Shown in pieces: positions 10,874-20,851 of a DNA stretch of 64,000 bases. Where the stretch lies: contig CAVSSM010000002.1 of the NCBI GenBank assembly GCA_963730605.1, positions 192,001 to 256,000 of the forward strand, written 5' to 3'. This stretch comes from an uncultured Chlamydiae bacterium. GTDB lineage: Bacteria; Chlamydiota; Chlamydiia; Chlamydiales; SM23-39. The position numbers were made by a program, and so were the translations under genes. The notes under the pieces are model-generated. The model did not search any database. It was not told where the DNA came from and saw only the letters and a program-made list of their open reading frames with translations. Positions within the stretch are counted from its first letter, which is position 1. Every line of letters begins with the position of its first letter.

Positions 10874-11078
10874 GTTCTAGGACGCGTGCTCAAGGGTTGT
10901 GGCTGCTGGTTGATAATGAATCATATAAATCTCTAAAAGTTAACCGCCAATAGCGCCCTTTATAGGTATACTCAAGGATCCTGAACCACCTCCACCCCCT
11001 CCCTTCTGCCTAGCGATGTCTTAATAATTCTTTTCAGCTTAAGCGGGTTGTGATAACCTCTTCGTCTACGGTTTTTTC

Positions 11079-11798
11079 ATGCGCAGTCTCTACACTTGGC
11101 CTACTTTTCCCCGCGATTTAGAACCACCTGCCGCCAGGTCTCTGTCTTTCCTCTTTGTCCTCCAGGAATTTCTAGCTGCCTGTAGGCTGGTCGAGAGGCT
11201 CGAGAATGCGGCTCCGGAAGGAGACCTCGGCGGCATCTCTTCCCGCTTGGATCTCTTCCTCCTCTCCTCTTTGGATAACCCATTTGCCCAAAAGGGAGGC
11301 GCGCTCGACAAGCTTTGCTTTTATTGCGAAATTTTGCTACAAGGCTCGAAAGTCAGCGATGAGACTATCCTCGTGCTTCTGGAAGAGATGCAAAACGCCG
11401 TCATGAAAATCAGATCGAAACTGATCTTTTGGAAAAAGAAGGCGCCTCTTCGCGAGGAAATCGAAGCGGAATTTATGGAGCTCTACAAGCAGCTCCACCG
11501 GAACCTCGCCTCATTTTTTTCCTCCCTCCATGCTTTCCTCAAAGAATCCCGAACCGACGAGAACGTCCTCCTCTATCTCGTCGAACACCGCAAAGAGTTC
11601 AATCTTTACCTTGGCGAAAATGCGATCGAAAATCTCTTGAGCGTCTTTTTCCCCTCGGGGCCTCATGAACTTCGCGCAATGATCTGCGAAGGCTACACGC
11701 GCCGCGGCTTCGGCGCTTTTTACGCAGAGCAAGAACCGATGCTAGATGCCCTTGAATGGGAGACTCACGGATGTCCTTCCCCATCTCCGACGCGCTAA
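11079..11798 (+). CDS. hypothetical protein
   Basis: 239-aa ORF overlapping the next gene in an apparent operon with priA. Confidence 0.7.
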   Translation: MRSLYTWPTFPRDLEPPAARSLSFLFVLQEFLAACRLVERLENAAPEGDLGGISSRLDLFLLSSLDNPFAQKGGALDKLCFYCEILLQGSKVSDETILVLLEEMQNAVMKIRSKLIFWKKKAPLREEIEAEFMELYKQLHRNLASFFSSLHAFLKESRTDENVLLYLVEHRKEFNLYLGENAIENLLSVFFPSGPHELRAMICEGYTRRGFGAFYAEQEPMLDALEWETHGCPSPSPTR

Positions 11799-12610
11799 CT
11801 TTCATTCGGAGCGCGCTTCTTCTCCTTAAAGAAGAGCCGTTCATCCTCGCCTCGCCCGAAGATGCCGCCTATTTCCGCTTGCGGCATACGCATATGAAGG
11901 CGGCTCTTCACCCCAAAAACGATGCGTTTCTGGGGACCCCGGCGTTGCCTCTAGCGCCCATTGTGAACTCGCCGCCTCCGTCCAAGACGAGCGCGCAAAT
12001 CAAGACCGAGAAGCCGGTTCAAGAAGTTGCAAAGCCTAAAATGGAAGAGCCGCTGCCGGGGTCCCCAGAAACGCATCGTTTTTGGGGTGAAGAGCCGCTG
12101 CAAAAGCAAAGGGAGGGTGGCAAGCGCGAGGGATCCCATTTTTCTGCCATTTTAGAAAAAATCGCCCCAGAGCTTCCGCTCCTCGATGCGATTCCCGATG
12201 ACAAGACCGCAAAACAAATCGCAAACCGCTGGAAGACGAAAAACCAATCGGCGCCCATCTCGATCCTCTCGAGCGGAGAATTGCCCCAGCATAAGGCTCT
12301 TCTTGAGGAGATCGCAGTAGCCCTCGATGTGTACTTTGGAGAAGCGCGCCTGATCGTAGGAGATCCGATCGAAAAAGAAAAAGAGTGGAAAACGTTTCTC
12401 TCCGTCGGTAGCCTCAAGCTGATCGTCATTTGCGATTCGACTCTTTGGCAACTCCACAACCTACGGCAGTTCTACAAAGAGACCCCAGCCACCGGAGTCC
12501 GGACGCTGGGAGACGTGCCGGTCTTCCTTCTCCCAGACCTTTCCCTCTATCTGAAAGATCCTCTCCTCAAGCGCTCTCTTTGGAAAGCTCTATGCTCCAG
12601 ACTTTCGTAG
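11771..12610 (+). CDS. hypothetical protein preceding priA (probably the conserved chlamydial priA neighbour), with two in-frame hairpin modules
   Basis: ORF overlaps the priA start; C-terminus LSLYLKDPLLKRSLWKAL; Pro/Lys-rich linker holds the repeats. Confidence 0.75.
   Translation: MSFPISDALTFIRSALLLLKEEPFILASPEDAAYFRLRHTHMKAALHPKNDAFLGTPALPLAPIVNSPPPSKTSAQIKTEKPVQEVAKPKMEEPLPGSPETHRFWGEEPLQKQREGGKREGSHFSAILEKIAPELPLLDAIPDDKTAKQIANRWKTKNQSAPISILSSGELPQHKALLEEIAVALDVYFGEARLIVGDPIEKEKEWKTFLSVGSLKLIVICDSTLWQLHNLRQFYKETPATGVRTLGDVPVFLLPDLSLYLKDPLLKRSLWKALCSRLS
11900..12098. repeat. perfect 44-bp inverted repeat formed by two hairpin-module copies (11900-11943 and 12055-12098)
   Basis: GCCGGGGTCCCCAGAAACGCATCGTTTTTGGGGTGAAGAGCCGC and its reverse complement. 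Confidence 0.9.
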
Positions 12611-14841
12611 AGGTCCTCCTAGATCAAAATCTTGCGAAGCGGCTCGACTACGCGGTGCCAGAAGAGTGGGCATCCGAGATCGAGATCGGGATGCGGGTCG
12701 AGGTCCCCCTTAAAACTAAGGCGTTAAAAGCAACGGTGGTGAGGATTAAACAAGAATCTCTAGTACCAAACGTACGCCCGATCCTCCGCCTCCTCTCAAG
12801 CCAGTCTGAATTGACAGATGCCCAGTGGAAGCTCGCTCATTGGATGTCCCACTACTACGCCGCCCCTTTGCAGCGGGTGTTGAAATGCTTCATCCCCCCA
12901 AATGTCCGAAAAAACGTCAAAGCGAAGACCCAGATCTTCGTCTCCTTGAATGTGGCGAGGGGCAATGCTTTGAAGATTTGCGAGGTCCTCCGAAGAGAAA
13001 ATCCGGAAGAAGCGGCTGTATTGGAAGCGGTCTTACAAAGGAAAAGCTGTTTTGCGGCGGATCTCTCAAGGGAGCTGGGAGTTCCGATGAGCGCTATTGC
13101 CCGTCTCATGAAGAAAAAGATCCTTTCTTCAAAAAAGGCTCACCGAGAGGATGACATCCTCTTGGAAGAGGAATTTTTCAAAACGAAATCGAAATCACTC
13201 AATGTGGAACAAAAATCATGCTTTGATGCAGTCTCTGATTCTTTGTCAGGAAACCGTTTTGCCGCGCATCTCATCCACGGCGTGACCGGAAGCGGGAAAA
13301 CCGAAATCTACCTCCAGGCGATCACTCACGCGCTCGGGCAAAATAAAAGCGCCATCCTCTTAGTCCCCGAAATTTCTCTCACCTCTCAGACGCTTGCCCA
13401 TTTCCGCGCCCGTTTTTCTGAAAAAATCGCCATCCTCCACCACAAAAGAAGCCTAGGAGAACGGAGCTTAGCTTGGGAAAAGCTGAAATCCGGGGAGATC
13501 CGGATCGTCGTCGGCGCGAGATCGGCCATCTTCGCTCCCGCTCAAAATTTAGGCCTCATCATCGTAGATGAAGAACACGACAGCTCCTATAAACAGGGCG
13601 AAGAGGCCCCTTTCTACCATGCCCGCAACGTCGCCGTCATGCGCGCCCATTTGGAAAATGCCGTCGTTCTCCTCGGAAGCGCTACTCCATCTGTCGAATC
13701 GCGCTACAACGCCGAAATTGGCAAATACCGCCTCCATAAGATCGCCGCTCGCGCCACCTCCGCCCCTCTTCCCAAAGTCACTATCGTCGACATGAAAAAA
13801 GAACTCGAAAAAAGCGGCGGGTTCACCCATTTTTCCGAAGAGCTTTTGCAAGGGATCAAAGAGCGGTGCGATGCGGGAGAGCAAAGCCTCCTTTTTCTCA
13901 ACCGCCGCGGCTATCACCGGCTTCAAATCTGCAGCTCCTGCCGATCCGCCGTCAAATGCCCCCATTGCGACCTGGGGCTGACTTTCCATCGAGGCGAGAC
14001 CTCCGGGATCCCCAAAAAAGCATCGTTTTTGGGGGAGGGCCGCTTGCGGTGCCACCTTTGCGATTACCAGAGAGCGGCCCCGCGGGAGTGTCCCGCATGC
14101 GGGTCCTCGAACAGGCTCCAATTCAAAGGATTTGGGACGGAGCATGTGGAATGGTCGCTCCATGCCCTATTTCCCGATATCCGCACCCTCCGGATGGACC
14201 GGGACACAACGCAAAAAAAAGAGAGCCATGAAGAGATCTTCAAACAATTCCGCGCCCATAAAGCCGACGTGCTCATCGGCACTCAAATGATCGCGAAAGG
14301 CTTCCACTTCCCCTCGGTCACTCTCGTCGGCGTTCTTAATGCCGACGCCCCGCTCAGCATCCCCGATTTCCGCTCCGCCGAATCAGTCTTCCAACTCCTC
14401 ATCCAGGTGTCCGGGCGCTCCGGACGCTTGAACTTGCCGGGAGCTGTGATCCTCCAAACCTTCCTCCCCGACCACCCCGTCTTGAAGCTCGCCGCCGCCC
14501 AGGACTACGACGCCTTCTACAAAGCGGAAATCGAAGAGCGGCGCCTTTTCGGCTTTCCCCCCTTCGCCCACCTCGTAAAATGCCTTTTTTCCTCTCCCGA
14601 TCCCAAAGCCGCTGAGATGGCCGCAACCGAAGCTCATGCCGCCCTTGCCCAATCGCTTCCCCCGTTTGCCCAAGTCTTCCCTCCCGGCCCCTCCGGCCAT
14701 CCGAAAATCAAAGACCAATACAGGTTTCAGTTCCTCATCAAATCTCCCAAAATAGATCCATTAATCCCCATCTTGCAATCTATGCCAAAACTGAACGCTC
14801 AAATAAAAATTGATATAGATCCATTGTCAACATTTTTTTAA
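12592..14841 (+). CDS. priA: primosomal protein N' (replication restart helicase)
   Basis: GVTGSGKTEIY, IVDEEHD, SATPS, four CxxC pairs, GTQMIAKG, QVSGRSGR. Confidence 0.95.
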   Translation: MLQTFVEVLLDQNLAKRLDYAVPEEWASEIEIGMRVEVPLKTKALKATVVRIKQESLVPNVRPILRLLSSQSELTDAQWKLAHWMSHYYAAPLQRVLKCFIPPNVRKNVKAKTQIFVSLNVARGNALKICEVLRRENPEEAAVLEAVLQRKSCFAADLSRELGVPMSAIARLMKKKILSSKKAHREDDILLEEEFFKTKSKSLNVEQKSCFDAVSDSLSGNRFAAHLIHGVTGSGKTEIYLQAITHALGQNKSAILLVPEISLTSQTLAHFRARFSEKIAILHHKRSLGERSLAWEKLKSGEIRIVVGARSAIFAPAQNLGLIIVDEEHDSSYKQGEEAPFYHARNVAVMRAHLENAVVLLGSATPSVESRYNAEIGKYRLHKIAARATSAPLPKVTIVDMKKELEKSGGFTHFSEELLQGIKERCDAGEQSLLFLNRRGYHRLQICSSCRSAVKCPHCDLGLTFHRGETSGIPKKASFLGEGRLRCHLCDYQRAAPRECPACGSSNRLQFKGFGTEHVEWSLHALFPDIRTLRMDRDTTQKKESHEEIFKQFRAHKADVLIGTQMIAKGFHFPSVTLVGVLNADAPLSIPDFRSAESVFQLLIQVSGRSGRLNLPGAVILQTFLPDHPVLKLAAAQDYDAFYKAEIEERRLFGFPPFAHLVKCLFSSPDPKAAEMAATEAHAALAQSLPPFAQVFPPGPSGHPKIKDQYRFQFLIKSPKIDPLIPILQSMPKLNAQIKIDIDPLSTFF
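14003..14035 (+). repeat. hairpin module copy in frame within priA
   Basis: CCGGGAT-CCCCAAAAAAG-CAT-CGTTTTTGGGG; encodes GIPKKASFLG. Confidence 0.75.
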
Positions 14842-14864
14842 TAATAAAATTTAAAACATAACAA

Positions 14865-15024
14865 CTCGACTTTGTACAATTTTTGGCGAGCAGATCCAGA
14901 GGAAGCGCTCTGCAATTTTTTTCTTTTTTTGCGAAATTCATAGCCGAAGGCACTATTTATGAGCAAAAAAAAAAGGGCCAGCGATTCTCTCGGAGATGCC
15001 GTCACAAAATTGTACAAAGTCGAG
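14865..15024. mobile_element. MITE family A (160 bp)
   Basis: TIR CTCGACTTTGTACAATTTT; 5-bp TSD AACAA; near-identical copy at 37661-37825. Confidence 0.9.
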
Positions 15025-15089
15025 AACAACAGAATACAGGAATGCCGTGAACGTTTTCCAATCTGTTCGTTAACTTGCACCATTCAGAT

Positions 15090-15146
15090 CGGAAAACGGA
15101 AACGGAAACGGAAACGGAAACGGAAACGGAAACGGAAACGGAAACG
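15090..15146. repeat. (CGGAAA)n microsatellite
   Basis: 8 perfect units at 15097-15144 plus one imperfect unit. Confidence 0.95.
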
Positions 15147-15206
15147 TTCATGGCATTCCTCTTGTGGGTAACGATCAGCTTCTTGGCCCATTTGGAAATC
15201 TCGATA

Positions 15207-15405
15207 TATACCGCTCGTGATTCAAAAATCGGTTCTGGCGACGGCCCACCCCAAAGACGATGCGTCTTCGTAGACCCCGGACCCGGCGCCGGCAAGGCCT
15301 GGCTCAAATTCAGGTCTGCTTCCCTTAGAAAAAGCTCGAACCCCCGAGCTTTTTCAAGTGTCCGCAGCCTTGCCATATTCCGATTTTTGAATCCCTCTCG
15401 GTATA
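15207..15405. mobile_element. MITE-like element G with TATAC ends, carrying the hairpin module at 15248-15280 (minus)
   Basis: TIRs TATACCG-N5-GATTCAAAAATCGG at 15207-15232 and 15380-15405; internal terminator-like hairpin 15328-15355. Confidence 0.75.
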
Positions 15406-15553
15406 ATTGCAACTCAATGCGTGGTTGATTCTTGACAATGCACATTCAAATAAAAGTTGATATATATCCATCATCAACATTTTTATGAAATTAAATTTGT
15501 TTACATAAATAACCCTAATCTCGCATAATATCACGACAAAAACAAAGGTATTT

Positions 15554-16501
15554 ATGTCAATTCCACCTCTTCGCCACGAGCCCAAAATCCCGCCTTCCGA
15601 TCCTCTTCGCACTCCCCCGCGCACTTTGCCCCTTGATTCGATCCAACGAACGCAGAGCGCCGCCGCAGGAGCCTTGCCTCTAAAGGAAATGGATAAATCT
15701 GCGGATAAAAAAAAACCGATCCATCCGGAACCGCCGCAAAAGCCAAGAAAAGGATCTCCGCAAGGTCGGAGTTTATGGATCCAAAATGCTGAACAAATCT
15801 CATCCAAACTTAGCACAGACAAACCCTTTTGGCTCTCAATAGGGCCCCACGCAGTGACGATCCGACTCCTCAGGCTTATTGGAAGCGGCCGCTATAACGA
15901 TTCATTTCTAGTAGAGACCGATGAAGGCGAGCAAATGATCCTGAAACTCCCGAACCGGCGGATGCGAAATATGCCGAAGAGCGAGATTGCCGAGATTTTG
16001 AAAAACGAGCTTCTCGTCTATAAGAAATTCAAAGCGATCTTAGATAATGAAATCAACGCCGGGCGGGTTGCGACGTTTCACGATCTAGAGCGGTATATCA
16101 ATGTTAACGACTATGAGATTACAGGTGAATGGGCAAATGATCATTTAACACATGGATTTCATCTTATAGAGTACATTCCTCACGAATATCCTCTCGACCC
16201 AAAGGATGGGGAAATCCCAATAAAGGGCGACGGCTTTTTAGCCATCCATCCATCCGACGATGAACTCTCCGCTATGTTTAGGGCCGCATCTTTTGCCAAT
16301 CTGGAAGATCCTGCAGGAAAAACTCTTTCCGTTAACCTACAACGGGATAACATCCGAATGGACAACGATGGAATCCTAGTTCTGCTCGATCCTGCCCAGC
16401 CAGCCTCGGATAAGATCTTCGAAACGTTAGTGGAGAAATTCCTCGCCACCTTCGCGCCGCCAAGCTCCGACCGCTACCGCTTTCTCGACCCAAGGGATTA
16501 A
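15554..16501 (+). CDS. protein kinase-like fold protein, effector-like
   Basis: IGSGRY glycine loop, ILKLP lysine, alphaC Glu, NLQRDNI loop, LLDP; Pro-rich disordered N-terminus. Confidence 0.65.
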   Translation: MSIPPLRHEPKIPPSDPLRTPPRTLPLDSIQRTQSAAAGALPLKEMDKSADKKKPIHPEPPQKPRKGSPQGRSLWIQNAEQISSKLSTDKPFWLSIGPHAVTIRLLRLIGSGRYNDSFLVETDEGEQMILKLPNRRMRNMPKSEIAEILKNELLVYKKFKAILDNEINAGRVATFHDLERYINVNDYEITGEWANDHLTHGFHLIEYIPHEYPLDPKDGEIPIKGDGFLAIHPSDDELSAMFRAASFANLEDPAGKTLSVNLQRDNIRMDNDGILVLLDPAQPASDKIFETLVEKFLATFAPPSSDRYRFLDPRD

Positions 16502-16502
16502 T

Positions 16503-16709
16503 TTATTTTTCTTTCCAGCGGACCCGGATCGATTTCATGTAGATGGCATGATAGATGGCCGCAGCGCCGATGGAGACATAGACGACTCGGTCCCAAAACT
16601 CGTTGGCCAAGAAAAAGTCGATGAGGTTGATGTTAAAGATGCCGATAATTCCCCAGTTGACGGCGCCAATGAAAAGGAGCAGGGCAGAAACGATATCTAA
16701 ATTTCTCAT
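16503..16709 (-). CDS. DUF378-like small membrane protein
   Basis: IGAVNWGIIGIFNINL pattern. Confidence 0.75.
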   Translation of the reverse strand: MRNLDIVSALLLFIGAVNWGIIGIFNINLIDFFLANEFWDRVVYVSIGAAAIYHAIYMKSIRVRWKEK

Positions 16710-16780
16710 GGGTTACTCTTATTCAAGTTTACACCTATTCTTATTCACTAACACAAAAAGGCATTTCGCTCCAAACAAGA

Positions 16781-16996
16781 TTAGTCTTCTTCTTCGAAAT
16801 ACGTCTTCCACCTGCCTGTCCAAAAATAGATAATTTTGAATAAGCCTGCGGATCCGATAAGGAGATAGACAAATCGATCCCAAAACGAATTTTGAAGAAA
16901 CACATCGAAGATATCGATGGTAAAAAGGCCTACAAAACCCCAGGCAATCGCGCCCAATATAATCAGGATCGTTACACCAGCATCTAATTTTCTCAT
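16781..16996 (-). CDS. DUF378-like small membrane protein (tandem paralog)
   Basis: LGAIAWGFVGLFTIDI; shares FWDRxVY with its neighbour. Confidence 0.75.
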   Translation of the reverse strand: MRKLDAGVTILIILGAIAWGFVGLFTIDIFDVFLQNSFWDRFVYLLIGSAGLFKIIYFWTGRWKTYFEEED

Positions 16997-17088
16997 AAAA
17001 GCACACTCGCAGTTAAGGGATAAATGGTACTCATTTTTTTCCTTATCACATCCTTTTTTTTATTGTTAGTGTCTTATAATATGTATTC

Positions 17089-17463
17089 ATGAAAAGCACG
17101 ATCCTATGCCTTTTGCTCCTCCTTTTCAGCTCATGTTCGGTCATCATGGCCTCGGACCGGGGCGGAGTGGGGATCGAAGCGGTGCAATCGGTCCGTAACC
17201 GGATGCAGCTCCTAGCATTAGGTGTAGAACCGGTCTCTTCATCCAAGAACGATCATGGCGAAACAGTCGAAGTCTTCAAGGCCATGACGCAGCGGGGTTC
17301 AGTCGCGCGGGCGTTCATGCATGGACTGCTCGACTTAAGCACAGCCTTTATTTGGGAATTGGCGGGAACTCCCATCGAAAGCGCCCTCGACGAAAAGAAG
17401 TATTTTTCATTGAAGGTGACCTTCGACGCCGAAGAACAAATCAAAAAAATTGAACTCTTTTGA
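17089..17463 (+). CDS. hypothetical lipoprotein
   Basis: Signal peptide with FSSC lipobox. Confidence 0.7.
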   Translation: MKSTILCLLLLLFSSCSVIMASDRGGVGIEAVQSVRNRMQLLALGVEPVSSSKNDHGETVEVFKAMTQRGSVARAFMHGLLDLSTAFIWELAGTPIESALDEKKYFSLKVTFDAEEQIKKIELF

Positions 17464-17468
17464 TTTTT

Positions 17469-18467
17469 TTACAAGCCCTTTAACGCGTGGTAGATGGCTC
17501 GGATCTCCTTCATGAGTTGGGCGAACGCCTCGGGTCCAATCGTCTGCTGGGCGTCGGTCAGAGCTTGGTCTGGCTGAGGATGGATCTCGACGATGATCCC
17601 GTCCGCGCCCGAAGCAATGCTGGCTTTGGCCATCGGCAAGACGAGAGAGCGGCGACCTGTCCCATGGCTTGGGTCTGCGATGACGGGCAAGTGGGTCAAC
17701 TCTTTCAGCGCCGGGACGGCGTTCAAGTCGAGCGTGTTGCGGGTGTAGGTTTCAAACGTCCGGATGCCCCGCTCGCACAGGATCACATTGGGATTGCCTC
17801 CGCTGATGATGTACTCAGCGGCATGAAGCAGGTCTTGATATGTGGCGGCAAACCCCCGTTTTAAAAGGACGGGATTCTTCACTTTCCCAAGCTCTTTGAG
17901 CAGTTCGAAATTGTGCATATTGCGGGCCCCGACCTGCAGGATATCGATGTAGGGAGCGGCCTCTTTGATGCTGGCGGCATCAAGCACTTCGGATACTGTG
18001 ATGAGTCCGTATTTCTTGGCGGCTTTTGCCAGCAGCTTGATCCCCTCGAGACCCATTCCTTGGAACTCGTAGGGAGAGGTGCGGGGCTTGAAAGCGCCTC
18101 CCCTCAATCCTTGAGCGCCGTTTTCGGCTGCGATCCGGGCGCATTCGAAAATTTGAGCCTCCGATTCGATTGAACAGGGACCCGCGATGACGAACGGCTC
18201 CTGATCGCCGCCGATTTTTATCCCCCGGATATCGATCACCGTCCGGGTGGAGCGAGAATGGATGCTAGCCAGTTTTTGCTTCTCTTTGACGAAAGAGACC
18301 TGTTTGACTCCAGGCAGCTTCGAGAAAAGTTCAGGCCGTACGAGGGAATCGATCCCCCTCACGACTGCAAGGTGGTGAGGGCCGTGCAGGGCCGGCTCCA
18401 ATCCCATGGCCCTAAGGCGGGCGGATAGTTTCTCGATATCCGCGCCCGTTTCAAGTTCTAAAATCAT
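17469..18467 (-). CDS. aroF: DAHP synthase, type I-beta
   Basis: [45 protein letters not shown]. Confidence 0.92.
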   Translation of the reverse strand: MILELETGADIEKLSARLRAMGLEPALHGPHHLAVVRGIDSLVRPELFSKLPGVKQVSFVKEKQKLASIHSRSTRTVIDIRGIKIGGDQEPFVIAGPCSIESEAQIFECARIAAENGAQGLRGGAFKPRTSPYEFQGMGLEGIKLLAKAAKKYGLITVSEVLDAASIKEAAPYIDILQVGARNMHNFELLKELGKVKNPVLLKRGFAATYQDLLHAAEYIISGGNPNVILCERGIRTFETYTRNTLDLNAVPALKELTHLPVIADPSHGTGRRSLVLPMAKASIASGADGIIVEIHPQPDQALTDAQQTIGPEAFAQLMKEIRAIYHALKGL

Positions 18468-19167
18468 ATACCCTCTCCGGTTTTTCGACAAAATAGGAGC
18501 CGACGACAAAAGCGTCGGCGACCTCTAGGATTTTTTTCGCTGGTTTCGGATCTGCGATCCCAAATCCGACAGCGATCGGCAAACGGGTCGCTTTTCGGAT
18601 CTCGGCGATCTTCTCTTCTAAATCTTCCGGTAGTCCCGCACGTGCGCCCGTCGTCCCTTTCCGGCAAGCATAATAAATAAATCCCCGGCCAAGCGATGCG
18701 ATGCGCGCGATCCTCTCTTTCGGAGTATTTGGCGCTACGACAAAGATCGGGTCGAGGCCCAATTGCAAGCATTGAGCCTGGTAGCCCGCCGCCTCTTCCG
18801 GCGGCAGGTCGACGACGAGAATCCCGTCAACGCCCGCCGTCTTGGCCTCTTTTAAAAAATTGGACAAGTCCTTTTGGATGGGATTGAAATAGGTAAAAAG
18901 GACGATCGGCGCCTCCGATTCCTTCCTTAACAGAGCTACGAGCTCCAATGCGGTTTTAGCGTTCGTTCCCGCCGCGAGCGAGCGGACCATAGCTCTTTGG
19001 ATGACGGGGCCATCGGCCACCGGATCGGAAAAGGGGATCCCGATTTCGAGGAGATCGACTCCACCATTCAGCAGCGTCCGGAATTTCTGAAGCGAATCCC
19101 CATCTCCCGCCGTCAAATATCCGATGAACAATTTCTTTTTTTTGAAACTCTCAGAGATGCGCGACAT
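18451..19167 (-). CDS. trpA: tryptophan synthase alpha chain
   Basis: [27 protein letters not shown]; short C-terminus. Confidence 0.93.
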   Translation of the reverse strand: MSRISESFKKKKLFIGYLTAGDGDSLQKFRTLLNGGVDLLEIGIPFSDPVADGPVIQRAMVRSLAAGTNAKTALELVALLRKESEAPIVLFTYFNPIQKDLSNFLKEAKTAGVDGILVVDLPPEEAAGYQAQCLQLGLDPIFVVAPNTPKERIARIASLGRGFIYYACRKGTTGARAGLPEDLEEKIAEIRKATRLPIAVGFGIADPKPAKKILEVADAFVVGSYFVEKPERVYDFRT

Positions 19168-20851
19168 AATTCAAATCCTTTTCGCCTCTTCCTGACAAAT
19201 TCAGGAGAACGACTGTTTCTTTAGGGAGTGTTTTTGCGATGCGCGCCAAATACCCGAGGGCGTGTGAAGATTCGAGCGCCGGGATGATCCCTTCGGTGCG
19301 GGCCAGCAGCTTGAACGCATGAAGCGCTTCTGTATCGGTGCAAGTTTCGTAGCGGGCGCGCCCTTTTTCATGAAGCGCTGCATGCTCTGGGCCGACCGCC
19401 GGATAATCGAGGCCTGCCGATATGGAATGAGTGGGTGAGATTTGCCCGCCCTCGTCTTGCAAAACATACGTGTAGGCGCCGTGAAGGACTCCGGGGCTGC
19501 CGCCATGGAAGCGGGCCGCATGTTCGCCGATCTTAGCTCCCTTGCCTCCCGCTTCCACGCCGATGAGCTCCACATTCGGCTCATCCATATAGGCCGAAAA
19601 GAGGCCGATCGCATTCGATCCGCCTCCGACGCAAGCGATGCAAAGGTCGGGATCCCGTCCGATCCGCTCTTGAAGCTGCCGCTTCGCTTCGCGGCCAATG
19701 CACTCTTGGAAGTGGGCGACAAGGGCCGGGAAAGGATGGGGGCCGAGGGCGGAACCGAGGCAGTAGTGGGTAGAATCAAAGCTCGACGCCCAGTCTCGAA
19801 GCGCCTCGTTGACCGCGTCTTTCAACGTGGCAGAGCCTCCATCGACAGGGACGACTTGAGCTCCGAGGAGCTCCATTTTCATCACATTCGGCGCTTGGCG
19901 CTCCATGTCTTTGCTCCCCATGTAAATCACGCACTCCAATCCGAGAAGGGCGCAAGCGGTCGCTGTCGCAACCCCGTGCTGGCCTGCGCCCGTTTCGGCG
20001 ATGACCCGTTTTTTTTTCATCATTTTTGCAAGGAGGCACTGCCCGATCGCGTTGTTGATCTTATGCGCTCCCGTGTGGAGGAGATCTTCCCGCTTCAAGA
20101 AAATGCGGGGACCGCCGATCGCCTGAGAAAAACGAGGGATCTCCGTTAGGGCCGTCGGGCGTCCGGCATAGGTGTGGAGAAGATAGGAAAACCGCTCTTG
20201 AAACGGCGCCGATTTAACAATCCGTGCGATGGCGTAAGATAGCTCCTGAAGAGGGAGGACCAAAAGCTCAGGGACGTACATGCCGCCGAACGGTCCGAAC
20301 CTGCCCGGGCGCGCGTTTGCGATAAACGCTTCGATTTTTTCCCGGCTTTTTACGGCAAGCCGCTCTTCGACCCCTCTCGACACATCCACGCCGAAAGGCC
20401 TATATTTTTCGATGGCAGCGCCTACATTTTCAGCGTTTAAGCCGCCGGCAACAAAAAAGCGAAAACCTTGAGGGTCTCGGGTCTCTTTCTCAAACAGGAG
20501 ATAATCGCGCGCCCGGTCTAAATGGGCAGGGATTGGCCCATCGCCTACAAAATAAATTTTAGCCATCGGAAGATGGGGGCAGGCTTCTTTAGGAATCTCC
20601 CCATGGAGCTGGACCACCGACAACTCGAGAGCTGAGGAAATGGCCAAGATCTCATCGAGGGTCTCATCGGCAAAGACGCCGACTGGCTCGCCGCCCTCTT
20701 CTCGAACGGCTCTCACGATCGCAAGGGCGGTCTTCAGATCGATTTTTCTCGGGGAGATGTCGGAAAAAAGCAGTCCGATAAAATGGGCCCCCTGTTTCAC
20801 TGCGAACCTGGCCGTTTCGGGATCGGTGATACCGCAAATTTTTATGAGCAT
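19151..20851 (-). CDS. trpB: fused phosphoribosylanthranilate isomerase / tryptophan synthase beta chain (TrpF-TrpB)
   Basis: N-terminal [21 protein letters not shown]; then [31 protein letters not shown]. Confidence 0.93.
   Translation of the reverse strand: MLIKICGITDPETARFAVKQGAHFIGLLFSDISPRKIDLKTALAIVRAVREEGGEPVGVFADETLDEILAISSALELSVVQLHGEIPKEACPHLPMAKIYFVGDGPIPAHLDRARDYLLFEKETRDPQGFRFFVAGGLNAENVGAAIEKYRPFGVDVSRGVEERLAVKSREKIEAFIANARPGRFGPFGGMYVPELLVLPLQELSYAIARIVKSAPFQERFSYLLHTYAGRPTALTEIPRFSQAIGGPRIFLKREDLLHTGAHKINNAIGQCLLAKMMKKKRVIAETGAGQHGVATATACALLGLECVIYMGSKDMERQAPNVMKMELLGAQVVPVDGGSATLKDAVNEALRDWASSFDSTHYCLGSALGPHPFPALVAHFQECIGREAKRQLQERIGRDPDLCIACVGGGSNAIGLFSAYMDEPNVELIGVEAGGKGAKIGEHAARFHGGSPGVLHGAYTYVLQDEGGQISPTHSISAGLDYPAVGPEHAALHEKGRARYETCTDTEALHAFKLLARTEGIIPALESSHALGYLARIAKTLPKETVVLLNLSGRGEKDLNYVAHL

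Noticed and set aside
14959..15445. Poly-RK, poly-TE and poly-SV ORFs
   Set aside because: Translations of the microsatellite and MITE DNA with no coding support.
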